A DNA stretch of 64,000 bases, taken from positions 5,890,001 through 5,954,000 of the forward strand of contig NC_043023.1 in assembly GCF_006345805.1 (NCBI RefSeq), written 5' to 3'. The stretch is from Octopus sinensis (lineage: Eukaryota). This document shows positions 35,171 to 49,009 of the stretch, piece by piece. The position numbers were made by a program, and so were the translations under genes. Within the stretch, counting starts at the first letter, position 1. Every line of letters begins with the position of its first letter. The notes under the pieces were generated by a model that saw nothing but the letters and a program-made list of their open reading frames with translations, was not told the DNA's origin and ran no database searches.

Positions 35171-37615
35171 TGTGTTTGTTCCCCCCCCCACAATATCACT
35201 TGACAACCGACGCTGGTGTGTTCACGTCCCCATAACTTAGCAATTCGACAAAAGAGACTGATATAAATAAGTACTAGGCTTACAAAGAATAAATCCTGGG
35301 GTCGATTTACTTGACTAATGGTGGTGCTCCAGCATGGCCACAGTCAAATGAAACAAGTAAAAGAGAGTAAGAATGAGTTTGTTCCAAGCACCAGTATAAT
35401 GATAAAGTTATTTTCAAAATTCTTTAATATTTTCCTAAATTAATTGAAATAAACTCTGTGAATTTCAACAGAAATATGGAAACAAAAGATTTAAGTGAAC
35501 TAAAAACATTCAATCAAACTTTCATATTAATTTATCTTCCAAACACCAGCTCAATATTCACCATCATCATCATCATCATCATCGTCATTAAACGTCCGCT
35601 TTCCATACTGGCATGGGTTGGACGATTTGACTGAGGACTGGCAAATCAGATGGCTGCACCAGGCTCTAATCTTGATCTGGCAGAGTTTCTACAGCTGGAT
35701 GCCCTCCCTAACGCCAACTACTCCGAGAGTGTAGTGGGTGCTTTTATGTGCCACCAGCACAAGGGCCAATCAGGCAGTACTGGCAACGGTGCTTTTTACG
35801 TGCCACTGGCACCGGGGCCATCCACCAACACTGGCAACAACCTAACTCGAATGTATTTTCACATGCTACAAGCACAAGTGCCAGTAAGGTGACGCAGGTA
35901 ACGATCATGCTTGAATGGTGCTTTTTACGTGCCACCGGCACAGAAGCCAGTTTGTTGCTCTGGCAACAATCTCACTCGTATAATATTCTTAGCGCTCCAC
36001 TAGCACGGGTGCCAGTCATCAAATTTGATTTCGATTTCGGTTTCACTTGCCTCAACAGGTCTTCGCAAGCAGAGTTTAGTGTCCAAATGAAGGAAAGGTA
36101 TGCATAAGTGGACTGGTTACACCCCTGGCATAGGCCGCGAGAAAGTTATTTTCATAAATACTTCATTATTTTCATAATTAATTGAAACCAATGCAGTGTC
36201 TTTATTTCACTAAATTCTTTATTATTTTCAAAATTAAATGAAACAAAAGCAGAATTTTTCAACAAAAACGGTTAAAGTTATCTAAATTAAAATTTCAGGT
36301 TAATTTATGTTCCAAATACCTGCTTAATAATGGCAGGTATTTTTTCTAAATTCTTCATTGCTTTCCAAATTAAATGAAACAAATGCAGAGTATTTTGACA
36401 GAAATAGGGATCTGCAGTTCATCTTTTTTTCTCATATTAGCACAAAACCAGAAATTTTTGAAAGAGGGTTAGTCAATAAGATTGCTCCCAAGAGGATGAA
36501 GAGCAAACTGGATTTTAAATCCTGTTTGATTTGACAAATATAACAAATAATGAGGATTGTAACTGGAGAATGCCATAACGAACCTCTATGAGGTCTCTGC
36601 CAAGAAGACATGTTGAGAAAGAAGGAGGTCATGTTATGGCTTCATCCAATGTGAAGAAGACTTTTGTTGTAGTCTCATCAATGCCCTGCAATTGTGGATA
36701 ATACATGACAATGGCAACAATGGTTGTAATTGCAGCAGGAGTGGCTTCCAAACAGGTATAGTGTATATAGGTAATGCATATAAGTATATGTAAGTGTAAA
36801 TGTGTGTGTGTATGTAAGAGAGAGAGAGAGGTGGGTGAGGAAGAGAGTGTGTTCAATGGTGTGCAGGCAAGAGGTACTTCACATGAGGCACCTCAACACT
36901 GACCCCATCACTGTCGTTACAGCAGAACTTCAGCATAAGGGCCTTAATATTAGGATGGGGTCTTCTTCTTGGACACCTGTTTCACCATCTCTAAGGACCT
37001 GAAATACATCAATGAAAAATTGTAATTAATGAATAATTTAATTGATTATTGTGCTAAATTAGAAAGAAAACTAAAGGGAAAACTCTTTCAACTGTGACAA
37101 GTCTTTACTCTTTTACGTGTTTCAGTCATTTGACTATGGCCATGCTGGAGCACCGCCTTTAGTCGAGCAAATCTACCCCGGGACTTATTCTTTGTAAATT
37201 CTATTGGTCTCTTTTGCCAAACTGCTAAGTGACGGGGACGTAAACACACCAGCATCGGTTGTCAAGCAATGCTAGGGGACAAACACACATGCATATATAT
37301 ATATACATATATACGATGGGCTTCTTTCAGTTTCTGCCTGCCAAATCCACTCACAAGGCTTTGGTCGGCCTGAGGCTATAGTAGAAGACACTTGCCCAAG
37401 ATGCCACGCAGTGGGACTGAACCCGGAACAATGTGGTTGGTAAGCAAGCTACTTACCACACAGCCACTCCTGTTTGTTCCCTTCTAAACAAAAGAGCATC
37501 TAGAAGGGAGTTAAACCAAACCAACAAGAGTTTTAGTCTTCTACTATAATGCAGAAAATTATAATTAATATAATGACCAATTGGAAAATTTGGAATGAAG
37601 GACATAAACACTATG

Positions 37616-37663
<48 letters not shown>

Positions 37664-37782
37664 CACACACACACACACACACATGTACACACATACATGC
37701 ACACACATGCACACACACACATGCACACACACGCACACACACACATGCACACACACACACACACATGCACACACACACACAT

Positions 37783-37819
<37 letters not shown>

Positions 37820-39374
37820 CTCTCTTACACACACACACCTATATAGTGTGAATGGGTCTATTTTAGTGTCTCCTGTGTAGGTGCATGGCTTACTGGCTAA
37901 GGTATTTGAGTCACGATTGTAAGGTCGTGAGTTCAATTCCCAGCTGTGCTTTGTGACCTTCAGCAAGACACTTCATCTCACCTTGCTTCAGTCCATACTG
38001 TTAACAAAAATGAAGTGTGCCTGTAATTCAAAGGGGCCAGCATTGTCACATTCTTTATCATGCTGTCTTTCCTTGGGAACTATGTCAAATCATCATCATC
38101 ATCATCATCGTTTAGCATCCACTTTCCATGCTGGCATGGGTTGGACGGTTCAACTGGGGTCTGGAAAGCCAGAAGGCTGCACCAGGCCAGTCAGATCTGG
38201 CGGTGTTTCTACAGCTGGATGCCCTTCCTAACGCCAACCACTCCGTTAGTGTTGTGGGTGCTTTTTATGTGCCACCAACACAGGTGCCAGACGAGGCTGG
38301 CGAACAGCCACAGACGGATGGTGCTTTTTACGTGCCACCGGCACGAATGCCAGGCGAGGCTGGCACGGCCACGATCGGATGGTGTTTGTTACGTGCCACC
38401 AGCACGGAGGCCAGTCGATGCGGTGCTGGCTACGGCCACGTATTATTAGGAATCGCATAAAAATAATAATTTTTGTATTGTAGAAGTATAAACGAAATTA
38501 TAGCATGCACCACAACTGCGTGGCACCTTGGGCAAGTGCCTCGGTCTCAACAAAGCCTTTTGAGCAGATTTGGTAGGCAGAAACTATATATCTATAAGGC
38601 GGCGAGCTGGCAGAAATGGTAGCACGCCGGGCAAAATGCTTAGCGGTATTTCGTCTGCCGCTACGTTCTGAGTTCAAATTCCACCGAGGTCAACTTTGCC
38701 TTTTATTCTTTCGGGGTCGATTAAATAAGTACCAGTTACGCACTGGGGTCGATGTAACCAACTTAATCCCTTTGTCTGCCCTTGTTTGTCCCCTCTGTGT
38801 TTAGCCCCTTGTGGTCAATAAAGAAATAAGAAACTATGTGTGTGTGACTTTGTGTCTGTGTTTTCCCCCTCCACTGATGCTTGATGAATGGTGTTGGTGT
38901 GTTTATGTTCCCAAAACTTAATGGTTCAGCAAAAAGAGATTGACAGAATAAGTGCCAGGTTTAAGGGCGGCAAGCTGGCAGAAATGGTAGCATGCTGGGC
39001 GAAATGCTTAGCGGTATTTCGTCTGTCTTGACGTTCTGAGTTCAAATTCCGCCGAGGTCAACTTTGCCTTTCATCCTTTCGGGGTCGATAAATTAAGTAC
39101 CAGTTATGCACTGGGGATTGATGTAATCAACTTAATCCCTTTGTCTGCCCTTGTTTGTGCCCTCTATGTTTAGCCCCTTGTGGGCAATAAAAAATAAGAA
39201 TAAGTGGCAGGTTTAAAAAGAAAATAAATACTGAAGTTGATACATTCGTCTAAAAATTCTGGTAGGTGGTGCTCCAGCATGGCCACAGTCAAATGACTGA
39301 AATGAATAAAAGATAAAAGATAACAGATAATTCCTGGGGAAGGAGGCAGTGGTACACACAAAAAACAAACTTAC

Positions 39375-39665
39375 CCATGACATAAAGAAACGTTGACATT
39401 TTGGCCCAATCCAATCCATTTGTGGCCACACATGTGTAGCGGCCACCATCCTTTCCAATTATTACACTGTTGATGGTCAGTGAATTGTCCTGAGTGTTCT
39501 GAATTATTCTCCCCTCATCCATGTCTATGGATTTTCCTTCCTTCAACCAAATGACCTGCAAATTGTCCACCTCCATAGGGTCAGTTGTGGCAGCACAGGG
39601 GAGCATTACAGCCCTTCCTTCCTTCACTCTTCTATCAAATGCTGAGGGTTCAATTTTTGTCTTGC
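39375..39665 (-). CDS. Nrg: Neuroglian/L1CAM-like exon, complete Ig6 (RKTKIEP...LPCAATTDP...VIWLKEG...GGRYTCVATNGLD...FLYVM)
   Basis: TTGCAG acceptor, G|GTAAGT donor, 291 nt, phase 1->1. Joins the previous exon as IVRRKTKI, typical of the neuroglian Ig5-Ig6 linker. Confidence 0.92.
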
Positions 39666-39699
39666 CTGCAATGATATATGATTTGAATATAAAAAGGGT

Positions 39700-40120
39700 A
39701 CAAGAGTGGCTGTGTGGTAAGTAGCTTGTCTACCAACCACATGGTTCTGGGTTCAGTCCCACTGCGTGGCACCTTGGGCAAGTGTCTTCTACTAGAGCCT
39801 CGGGCCGACCAAAGCCTTTTGAGTGGATTTGGTAGGCGGAAACTGAAAGAAGCCCATCGTATATATATGTATATATATATGTATGCGTGTATGTGTGTGT
39901 TTGTGTGTCTGTGTTTGTCCCCTAGCATTGCTTGACAACCGATGCTGGTGTGTTTATGTCCCCGTCACTTAGCGGTTCGGCAAAAGAGACCGATAGAATA
40001 AGTACTAGGCTTACAAAAAAGAATAAGTCCCGGGGTCGAGTTGCTCGATTAAAGGCGGTGCTCCACCATGGCCACAGTCAAAATGACTGAAACAAGTAAA
40101 AGAGTAAAAGAGTAAAGAGT
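39700..40120 (+). mobile_element. SINE family 1, plus-strand copy (others at 5555-5910, 7110-7490, 23889-24560, 29964-30342, 32682-33075, 34597-35370, 47228-48550, 50325-50835)
   Basis: Same consensus as 3106-3508 in the opposite orientation. Confidence 0.9.
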
Positions 40121-40359
40121 ATTTAGTAATTATCCTCCTGGGGTAACATTACAAATTATCCTATTATCAGGTCATCCCGTAAGTTCTGTCCGAATCTTGA
40201 ATAAAGAAAACAAGGGATCAAATGTTATATTTAATTGAAATTTAATCCTCACTCTACTTTTCCTGATTGAGTTTGGATTGTCCTTACACAGAGGATGACA
40301 TCCTGACTCCCGTTTGTGCTGTGAACAAGGATTCATCTTCTCTCTTCGTTCCTTTACGC

Positions 40360-40760
40360 CATTTGGGCTCAACTCTCCTTCCCTCTTCATCTGACCTTCA
40401 TCTAACCTCCTCCCCTTGACCTTTTCCCGTCCCTCCTACTTCCTCCCACCCGACTCTCTTCTCTTGCCCTGACGCCCACTTCGCTTCACTCCTACTTCTC
40501 TTCATCCCTACTCTCTTTCCCTCTTCTCTCTTACTCTCTTACTCTCTTTCTCTCCTTTCTCTCCTTCTCTCTCCTCTCTCTCCCCTCCCTCCTACTTCCT
40601 CCCACCAAACTCTCCTCTCTTTCCCCAACTCCTACTTCTCTTCACCCCTACTCTCTTTCCCTCTCCTCTCTTTCTCTCTTCTCTCTTTCTTTCTCTCTTC
40701 TCTCATTCTTCTCTCTTACTCTCTTACTCTTTTTCTCTCCCCTCTATCCCTCTAGAGGAT
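40360..40760. repeat. ~400-bp polypyrimidine/polypurine (CT-rich) tract
   Basis: Almost no G on the plus strand; internal duplications. Confidence 0.85.
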
Positions 40761-41519
40761 AAGTACAGACAGCCATTGTGATTCCTGTTTTCTGATTTTT
40801 ATATAGCAAGGTTCTTCAGTTTTCATCTACCAAATCCAGTCACCATGATTACATAAGTTGTAAGTATGTAAACATAAGTATTCTGTGTAATATATGGCCT
40901 ATGATTACATTTACAAAATTTTCACTTGTCAGAATATGTGTATGTATTTATATTTCTTTACTACCCACAAGGAGCTAAACACAGAGAGAACAAACAAGGA
41001 CAGACAAACAGATTAAGTCGATTACAACGACCCCAGTGCGTAACTGGTACTTAATTTATCGACCCCGAAAGGAAGAAAGGCAAAGTCGACCTCGGTGGAA
41101 TTTGAACTCAGAACGTAACGGCAGACGAAATACGGCTACGCATTTCGCCCGGCACGCTAACGATTCTGCCAGATAGCCGCCTTTGTATGTATATATATAT
41201 TTCTTTACTACCCCCCAAGAGGCTAAACATAGAGGAACAAACAAGGACAGACAGAGGGATTAAGTCGATTACATCGACCCCAGTGGGTAACTGGTACTTA
41301 ATTTATCGACCCCGAGAAAGGATGAAAGGCAAAGTCGACCTCGGCGGAATTTGAATTCAGAACGTAACGGCAGACAAATACGGCTACGCTTTCGCCCGCA
41401 CGCTAACGATTCTGCCAGATAGCCGCCTTTGTATGTATATATATATGTGTATGTATATATATACCACACTACACACATTTAAATATATATTGTAAACTTG
41501 GCAATTCTTTAGCATAGAT

Positions 41520-41810
41520 AACAATAATAATGAAATTATTGTATACAATGCTCAGGTGCACCACAACTTGTCAGAAAGTGCGTATAAAGTATATGCAGTA
41601 ATGTACAAATGCCTGGGAAGTGAACAGTGTATGAGTCAGATACATGCTTGCGTGTGTATGGAGGAAGAGCAAGATCAGGTGTATTTTGGCGAATCTCTCA
41701 GGAAGCATGGAAGTTTTGAAGGATGCAGTGCTCCGACAACTAACAACTGATGCCAGGCAGTTTGTTCCATGCTTCAGCAACTCTTAGCGTGAAAAATATT
41801 GCCCTCCTCC
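41520..41810 (-). mobile_element. 3' fragment of a related CR1-type LINE
   Basis: Similar to the 3' end at 11300-11480 (ctcaggtgcac, ccatgcttcagcaactct, gcgtgaaaaa). Confidence 0.75.
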
Positions 41811-41903
41811 ATGGCTCTCACAACAGTGCAGGGCCTTGTTAGCTAGTAACATCTAGAGCACAGAGAAGGGAAGGGAAAATAAAAGCATGAACAGATTACT
41901 CAC

Positions 41904-41993
41904 GTCGGACTATAAGGGTCCTCATTGCTGAGACCATACCATACTTGTTACTAGCATAACAATGATAGACGCCAGTATCTGTTAGTCCAAATT
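41904..41993 (-). CDS. Nrg: Neuroglian/L1CAM-like exon, Ig5 C-terminal part (..LTDTGVYHCYASNKYGMVSAMRTLIVR), apparently 1 nt short
   Basis: ttctttcacag acceptor, C|GTGAGT donor, DTGVYHC motif. It starts AAT TTG GA- CTA ACA GAT, so one added base restores NLxLTDTG in phase 0. Confidence 0.88.
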
Positions 41994-42286
41994 CTGTGAA
42001 AGAACAATACAAAAAAATTAGTAGAATACTAAGGGAGGTAACTGAGAATTTATTCTTTTTACTTGTTTCAGTCATTTGACTGTGGCCATACTGGAGCACC
42101 GCCTTTAGTCGAGCAAATTGACCCCAGGACTCATTCTTTGCAAGCCTAGTACTTATTCTATCGGTTTATTTTGCCGAACCGCTAAGTTACGGGGATGTAA
42201 ACACGCCAGCATTGGTTGTCAAGTGATGTTGGTGGGGGGGACAAACATAGACACACAAACACATACACACACAGATATACATACAT

Positions 42287-43795
42287 ATCATCATCATCAT
42301 CATCATCATCATCATCGTTTAACGTCCGTTTTCCGTGCTAGCACGGGTTGGACGGTTTTCGACCGGGGTCTGGGGAACAGGGGCTGCCCCAGGCTCCAGT
42401 CTGGTCTGGCAGTGTTCTACAGCTGGATGCCCTTCCTAACGCCAACGCACCCCTCGCGAGTGTAGTGGGTGCCTTTTACGTGCCACCTGCACAGTGCCAG
42501 AGGGGTCTGGCATCAGCCACGGTCGGTTGGTGCCTTTTATGTGCCACCTGCACAGAAGCCAGTCGGGGCGGTGCTGGCATCGGCCACGTTCGGATGGTGT
42601 TTTTAATGTGGGGTGGGTGCAGAAATATAGGGGAGCACCAGTAGGGAGGGGTGTTCAGAGTGTTCATGTACTTGACTCAACAGGTCTCCTCAAGCACAGC
42701 GGGACGATCTGGATCCAGGGTACTTTGAATGGGCAGGGGCTATGCGGAACTGATGCAGGAGCAGCCTGGGTCTTTGCAGTCACAGCATGTCTCCAGAGAT
42801 CTCGGTCCTTCGCCCATTGCTCGGTGAGGCCCAACGCTCTGAGGTCAAGCTGACTGCCTCATCCCATGTCTTCCTGGGTCTATACTTCTCCCCCTGATAC
42901 CTTCAACTGTTTTGGGAGTGGCACTTCTTCACACATCTCTCCTCATCCATCCGCAGCACATGACCATACATCGCAAGCGTCGCTCTTGCACACCACATCT
43001 GATGCTTCTTATATCCAGCATTTCTCTCAGGATGCTTACACTCTGTCTTCAGCGTGCACACTGACACTACACATCCAGCGGATCATGCTAGCTTCATTTC
43101 TTTCAAGTCTACGCATGTCCTCTGCAGTCATAGCCCATGTTGCATTACCGTGAAGCATGGCAGTTTCGCACACATGCATCATACAGTCTACCTTTCGCTC
43201 TGAGGGAGAGACCCTTTTTCGCCAGTAGGGTAGGAGCTTTCTGAACTTTGCCAGGCTATTCGTATTCTATTGTGATACTCCTCTGTGCATCCACCTCCGC
43301 TACTAACTTGTCACCCAGTAGCGGAAACTATCAACTACTTCTAGTTTCTCCCCCTGGAGTGTGATGGATCTGCCTTTCTGAGTGTCTTGGTGGTCTATTG
43401 TCCCTGTGCATCTGCCGCACATGAAAGCTATCTTATCTGTTAATTTCCCTTTAATGTTGCTGCACCTCTTATGCGTCCATAGCTTACATGGGTGCATCTT
43501 ATGGAGTTTCTACCTACACCTTTCCTACAGATCGAGCAGGGCCACCTGCCCAAGGGGTGTGTGCTGAGTTCGCCTTTCTGCTTACTATTACTTTGGTCTT
43601 TGCTACATTTACTCTAAGGCCCTTGATTCTAACCCTTGCTTCCACACCCGAAATTTCTTTTCTAGTTCCAGTAGTGATTCTGCTATGAGAGCCAGGTCCA
43701 TCAGCATAGAGGAGCTCCCAGGGGCAACCTGTTTTGAATTCCTCTGTTATTGCCTGGAGGACTATGATGATAGAAGGGGACTGAGGGCTGAGCAT
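42287..43795 (-). mobile_element. RTE-clade LINE 3' portion, same family as 58737-62008, many indels, nested in a SINE
   Basis: [24 protein letters not shown] and EKLEVVDSFRY peptides plus 3' UTR and (CAT)n tail. Confidence 0.9.
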
Positions 43796-43935
43796 ATATA
43801 TATATATATATATATAATATATATATATATATATACATATAAACGATGGGCTTCTTTCAGTTTCCATCTACCAAATCCCACTCACAAGGATTTATGTATA
43901 TATATATATATGTATATGTATATATTTTATATATG

Positions 43936-43998
<63 letters not shown>

Positions 43999-44889
43999 TA
44001 TACATATACATATATATGACAGGCTTCTTTCAGTTTCCGTCTACCAAATTCACTCACAAGGCTTTGGTTGACTCGAGGCTATAGCAGAAGACACTTGCCC
44101 AAGATGCCACGCGTTGGGACTGAACCTGGAACCATGTGTTGGTAAGCAAGCTATTTAACCCACAGACACTTTTAGGCCTATGATAGAACTTTTTAATCCT
44201 AAGTGTTTCCAAATAAAAATTTTTTAAACCCAAAACACTGCAATTTGTAAAATAAATGATTGGTTGTGTTAACTGGTATTTCGATATTTGTCAGAGTTAG
44301 AAACTCTTCCTCAGAAAATATTGGAGAAGCGTTATTCGCTGACTTCTCTTTCTATGGTAATATCACTATGAATTTTTGAAAATATGTAAATGTAATTTCT
44401 GTTGTACTTTTCTCTTGGAGAACACTGAAAAAAAACCAGCTAATACTTCCTTTGTGAATTTTGGGATGATGCGAAGAGCTGTTGAGGCAATTGTAATCGA
44501 AATCAAATTTGATGACTGGCATCCATGCTAGCAGGGTTCAAAGAGCCCATACGATCATGATCATTGACAGAGCGACTAACCGGCTTCCGTGGCCAGTGGC
44601 ACATAAAAGCACCATTCGAGTGTGATCATTACCAGTGTCAGACGATTTGACTGAGGACTGGCAAACCGGATGGCTGCAAACAGCTCCAATCTGATCTGGC
44701 AGAGATTCTACACTGGATGCCCTTCCTAATGCCAACCACTCCGAGAGTGTAGTGGGTGCTTTTATGTGCCACCAGCATGAGGGCCAGTCAAGCGCTACTG
44801 GCAACGGCCACACTCAAATGGTGTTTCTTACTGCCACCTGCAACAGCCAGTCCAGCGGCACTGGCAACAACCTCGCTCGAATGTTTTTT

Positions 44890-46150
44890 AGTCTCAGTCT
44901 GTGCAAGTACTCCACCTTAAATTTTTCTGTCTTCTTTCTCCATCAAATTTATCCCATTTTCAAAATCCCAAAGAACTTAACCATCTCTTCTATCTGCTGC
45001 TTCATAACCTCCCTGAAGGTATCGATAGCCCATCCAGACATTGATTTTGCCTCTCTTCAGACTAACAAACCACCACACTTTCTCAGTCCGAACTCCATTC
45101 TGGTATCACACTGAAGGTAAACACCGTATCAACGAGGGAACTGACTTGGGATTCATCTTTACCACAAAGTTTTGAGGTCATCCATGAATAACCAATGGTT
45201 TAACTTTTTGTTAGCAGTTTTTGAATACACACCCATCTTTTGCTTTCCTCAGAATCAGTGTAGTGGTATCAAGCACAGTACAAAGATCACTGGGGACAGA
45301 CAGTCCCTTGGAAGATGCCCCTCCTGATTTCTATTGCCCCTAAACTTCTTCCGTATGCTGTCAGATCCGTCCTTCAATTCGCCATACTTTTTCCAAGCAA
45401 TCGCTGAACATCGATGCAATACCAAATGGGTTCACACATTCCATAATCCAAGAATGTGGGATCATATCGTACGCTTTGCAATAGTTGATCCATGACATGG
45501 CTAAGTTACTTTTCCTCCTCTTGCAGTCTCCAAGTACAGTTTTGTCTATCAGTAGTTTTTCTGATGTATTTCAAGATTTCATTGACATTTTTTCGTTTCT
45601 TCGTTCAATTTCCATCAATCACCTTTTTAAGGTTGCAAATAATGTCGCTATTGTTCTCCTGTAGCCTTACCTTTGTTCTGTCGTAGATTGCCTTTTGTTC
45701 ACCTGTCATATCACCATTAGTTTTATCATCTTCTTTTAGATCGTCTGTATGTCTCTCATCAAGTAAACTACCACTGCTCCTTTCCTGTGCTATGCGATTA
45801 CTCTTATTAGTAAGAACTGTATTCTCATCGTTATCTCTGCTGCTATTTATCTCATCAAGTAAACTACCACTGCTCTTTCCTGTGCGATGCGATTATCTTA
45901 TTAGTAAGAACTGTATTCTCATCGTTATCCCTCTGCTGCTATTTACCATGACCTGTCTTTTGATAACTTCCAGCTCTACTTCTGTGAACCAACGATTTTT
46001 TTCTATCGCTCTAGCTTAATCACATAGTCTCTGTTCCGTGAGTTTGAAACAATCCCTTTTCTCTCCAGTGATTATACATACATTGTCGGTAACCCCTAAT
46101 TTGAGCACCATTTCATCTGCCAGGCTGCTCAGGTAGTACACTCCATGATC
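44890..46150 (-). mobile_element. Old R4/Dong-like RLE LINE fragment (RT region), heavily decayed
   Basis: Manual translation shows FMDDLK and MEFGLRKC remnants; internal ~85-nt tandem duplication at 45760-45935. Confidence 0.6.
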
Positions 46151-46639
46151 ACAGCATTAATTTGCTTGCTCCATCTATGCCATGTGTGGTGGTCCCTTTC
46201 TGGATATCAACAACTGGAGCCAGGCCAGAATCTCTGAGCCTGCCGGGTGGAACCTGTCATCATCATTGGCTTCAGTTTCATTACCACTGTTATTCACAAT
46301 TTTTGGGTTTTTCATTGTCACTCAATGAGGTAGCGATTATCAAGTTGTGCAATTACCAGTGTTTTTATTGTGACACCATCACTTGATATATCATTAATCA
46401 GTCTATGAGAAGGCTCCACTTGTTTCCTTTCATTATTATTATTTTATTATCATCACTGATATCACTGATATATTGTTATAAATTATTATTATTATTATTT
46501 TTGTTTTTTTCTTCTTTCAAATTTGCTTCCATTTCTTGCCGAGTGTCTTCCCGACTCCTAGGGCAAAGAACTCATAGTATACATTGGTAGGCCATTAACT
46601 AAACTCAATAGTTCGTTCATTTTTTTTTTTTATTAAATT

Positions 46640-46970
46640 AAAATACATGGGTAGTAATAGTTCTCACATCGCCATGCTCTTCTCAATTCGTGGTGATGTA
46701 CCAGTTAAGACAATCTTTTGCACTTCTTGCAGGGATGGTAAACCAGGGCATTCTCATATAATTTTCAGTTCCCTTCTTGATCATTCCTAGTGCTCCGAGA
46801 TTACTGGTATTGTAACCACCTTGGAGTCCACCTTGAGATGCACATTGGCAGTTTTGATAGTAATGCCGACTTATTAGCCAGTGTAGATATTGGCCACTCT
46901 GTTCATGGTGTCTTAATTTATACTCACTGGTGCTGAGACTTTACATCCAGAGATTAGGTGGTCCTTATTA
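46640..46970 (-). mobile_element. R4/Dong-like RLE C-terminal fragment
   Basis: LISGCKV.. and PGLPSLQEVQKIVLTGTS remnants; ATT-rich flanks. Confidence 0.6.
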
Positions 46971-47183
46971 TTATAATTATCATTATTATTATTATTTTAT
47001 CATCATTATTATTATTGGTTTGTTGTCGTCACTCTACGTTCTGAGTTCAAATTCCATCATCAAGGTTGACTTTGCCATTCATCCTTTTGGAAATCGATAA
47101 AATAAGTACCAGAGTTAAACGCTGGGGTCAATGTGACTCATTCCCTCTCTTGAAATTGCTTCTCTTGTGGCAAAATTTCAAAC

Positions 47184-47224
<41 letters not shown>

Positions 47225-47389
47225 TATAGGTGCAGGGAGTGGCTGTGTGGTAAGTCTTGCTAACCAACCACATGGTTCTGGGTTCTCAGTCCCACTGCAT
47301 GGCATCTTGGGCAAGTGTCTTTGCTATAGCCCTGGGCCGACTAATTCCTTGGAGTGGATTTGGTAGACGGAAACTGAAAGAAGCCTGTC

Positions 47390-47406
47390 GTATATATGTA
47401 TATATA

Positions 47407-47447
<41 letters not shown>

Positions 47448-48060
47448 TGTCTATATATTATTATGTATATTATATATATATATATATATATATATCGTAT
47501 ATTTATGTATATGTATATATATATATATGTATGTATATATATATATATATATATATGTATAGTATATATATGTATATATATATGTATATGTATATTATAT
47601 ATATATATGTATATATATATGTTATATTGTATATATATATATATATGTATTATATATATGTATATGTATATATTTATATATATATATGTATATATATATG
47701 TGTGTATATATATAGTATATATATATACTATATGTGTATATAATCTATATATTTAATATATATTTATTATAATAGTTATATATATATATGTATATCTTAT
47801 ATATATATATATATATCCTAATATATATAGTATATAATAGATATTATATATATATATATATAGTTTATCTAATAATATATATATATATAATATATCTATA
47901 TATATCTTATATATAATATATATGTGTGTGTATATATATATAGATATATATATATGTGTGTATATCTATATATATATAGTGTTTATATACTATATATATA
48001 TAGATATATGTGTGTATTATTCTTCCTATATATATATATATATAGTATATATCATATCTC
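47390..48060. repeat. ~670-bp compound (TA)n microsatellite inside a SINE family 1 copy
   Basis: Direct inspection. Confidence 0.95.
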
Positions 48061-48299
48061 ATATCATCATCTCATCATCATCATCATTGTTTAACGTCCG
48101 TTCTCCATTCTAGCATGGGTTGGACGGTTCGACCGGGGGTTCTGGGAAGCCAGAAGGCTGCACCAGGCTCCAGTCTAATCTGGCAAGTGTTTCTACAGCT
48201 TGATGCCCTCCTAACGCCAACCACTCCGTGAGTGTAGTGGGTGCTTTTTTTACGTTGCCACCTGCACAGGTGCCAGGCGAGGCTGGCAACGCCACGGTC

Positions 48300-48330
<31 letters not shown>

Positions 48331-48596
48331 GTGTATATGTTTGTGTGTGTCTGTGTTTGTCCCCACCAACATCGCTTGACAACCAATGCTGGTGTGTGTA
48401 GTCCCTGGTAACTTAGCGGTTCGGCAAAAGAGACCGATAGAATAAGTACTAGGCTTCAAAGAATAAGTCCCGGGTCGATTTGTCGACTAAAGCGGTGCTC
48501 CAGACATGGCCGCAGTCAAATGACTGAAACAAGTAAAAAGTAAAGAGTAAGGAGTAGAAGAGTATATTATTTATTATTATTATTACTACTACTAAC

Positions 48597-48783
48597 CTTG
48601 ATGTTTAGATTGCCATTCCTTAGTATGTGATACAACTGTCACCTGTCATCTGTTTGTTTGTCTCCTCTCATCCAAAGCACCTGCACCGAACATAGCCATG
48701 GTCTTGCACGTAATGTTTATGGTCTGACCCTCGGATCTCTCAGGGTCATGTTTCCCTTTTTCTAGCACCCGCCGGTGCCTCAG
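48597..48783 (-). CDS. Nrg: Neuroglian/L1CAM-like exon, Ig5 N-terminal part, frameshifted as given (AEAP / EGQTINITCK / WMRGDK / YHILRNGNLNIK in different frames)
   Basis: ttcttcttctgcag acceptor and AAG|GTTAGT donor. The expected Ig5 motifs appear in order but in shifting frames; 187 nt does not fit phase 1->0. Confidence 0.78.
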
Positions 48784-49009
48784 CTGCAGAAGAAGAATAT
48801 AGAGAAAAAAAAAATAATTCTTTCTAATTTTGATATAAGGCCAGAAACTTTGAGGGGAGATGGCAAGTGCTCTACTGTACTTATTCTCATGGACCCTGAA
48901 AGGGATGAACGGTAAAGACAAACTTGGGTGAATTTGAACTCAGCTGAAATCTGCTAAGCATTTGGTCTGGTGTGCTAACGATTCGGCCAGCTCACCACCT
49001 TTATAATAT

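Noticed and set aside
36430-36760. Short hydrophobic minus-strand peptides (AAITTIVAIVMYY; VTILIICYIC) as the missing TM exon
   Set aside because: Different frames, purine-rich acceptor, too short, and no L1 juxtamembrane motif.
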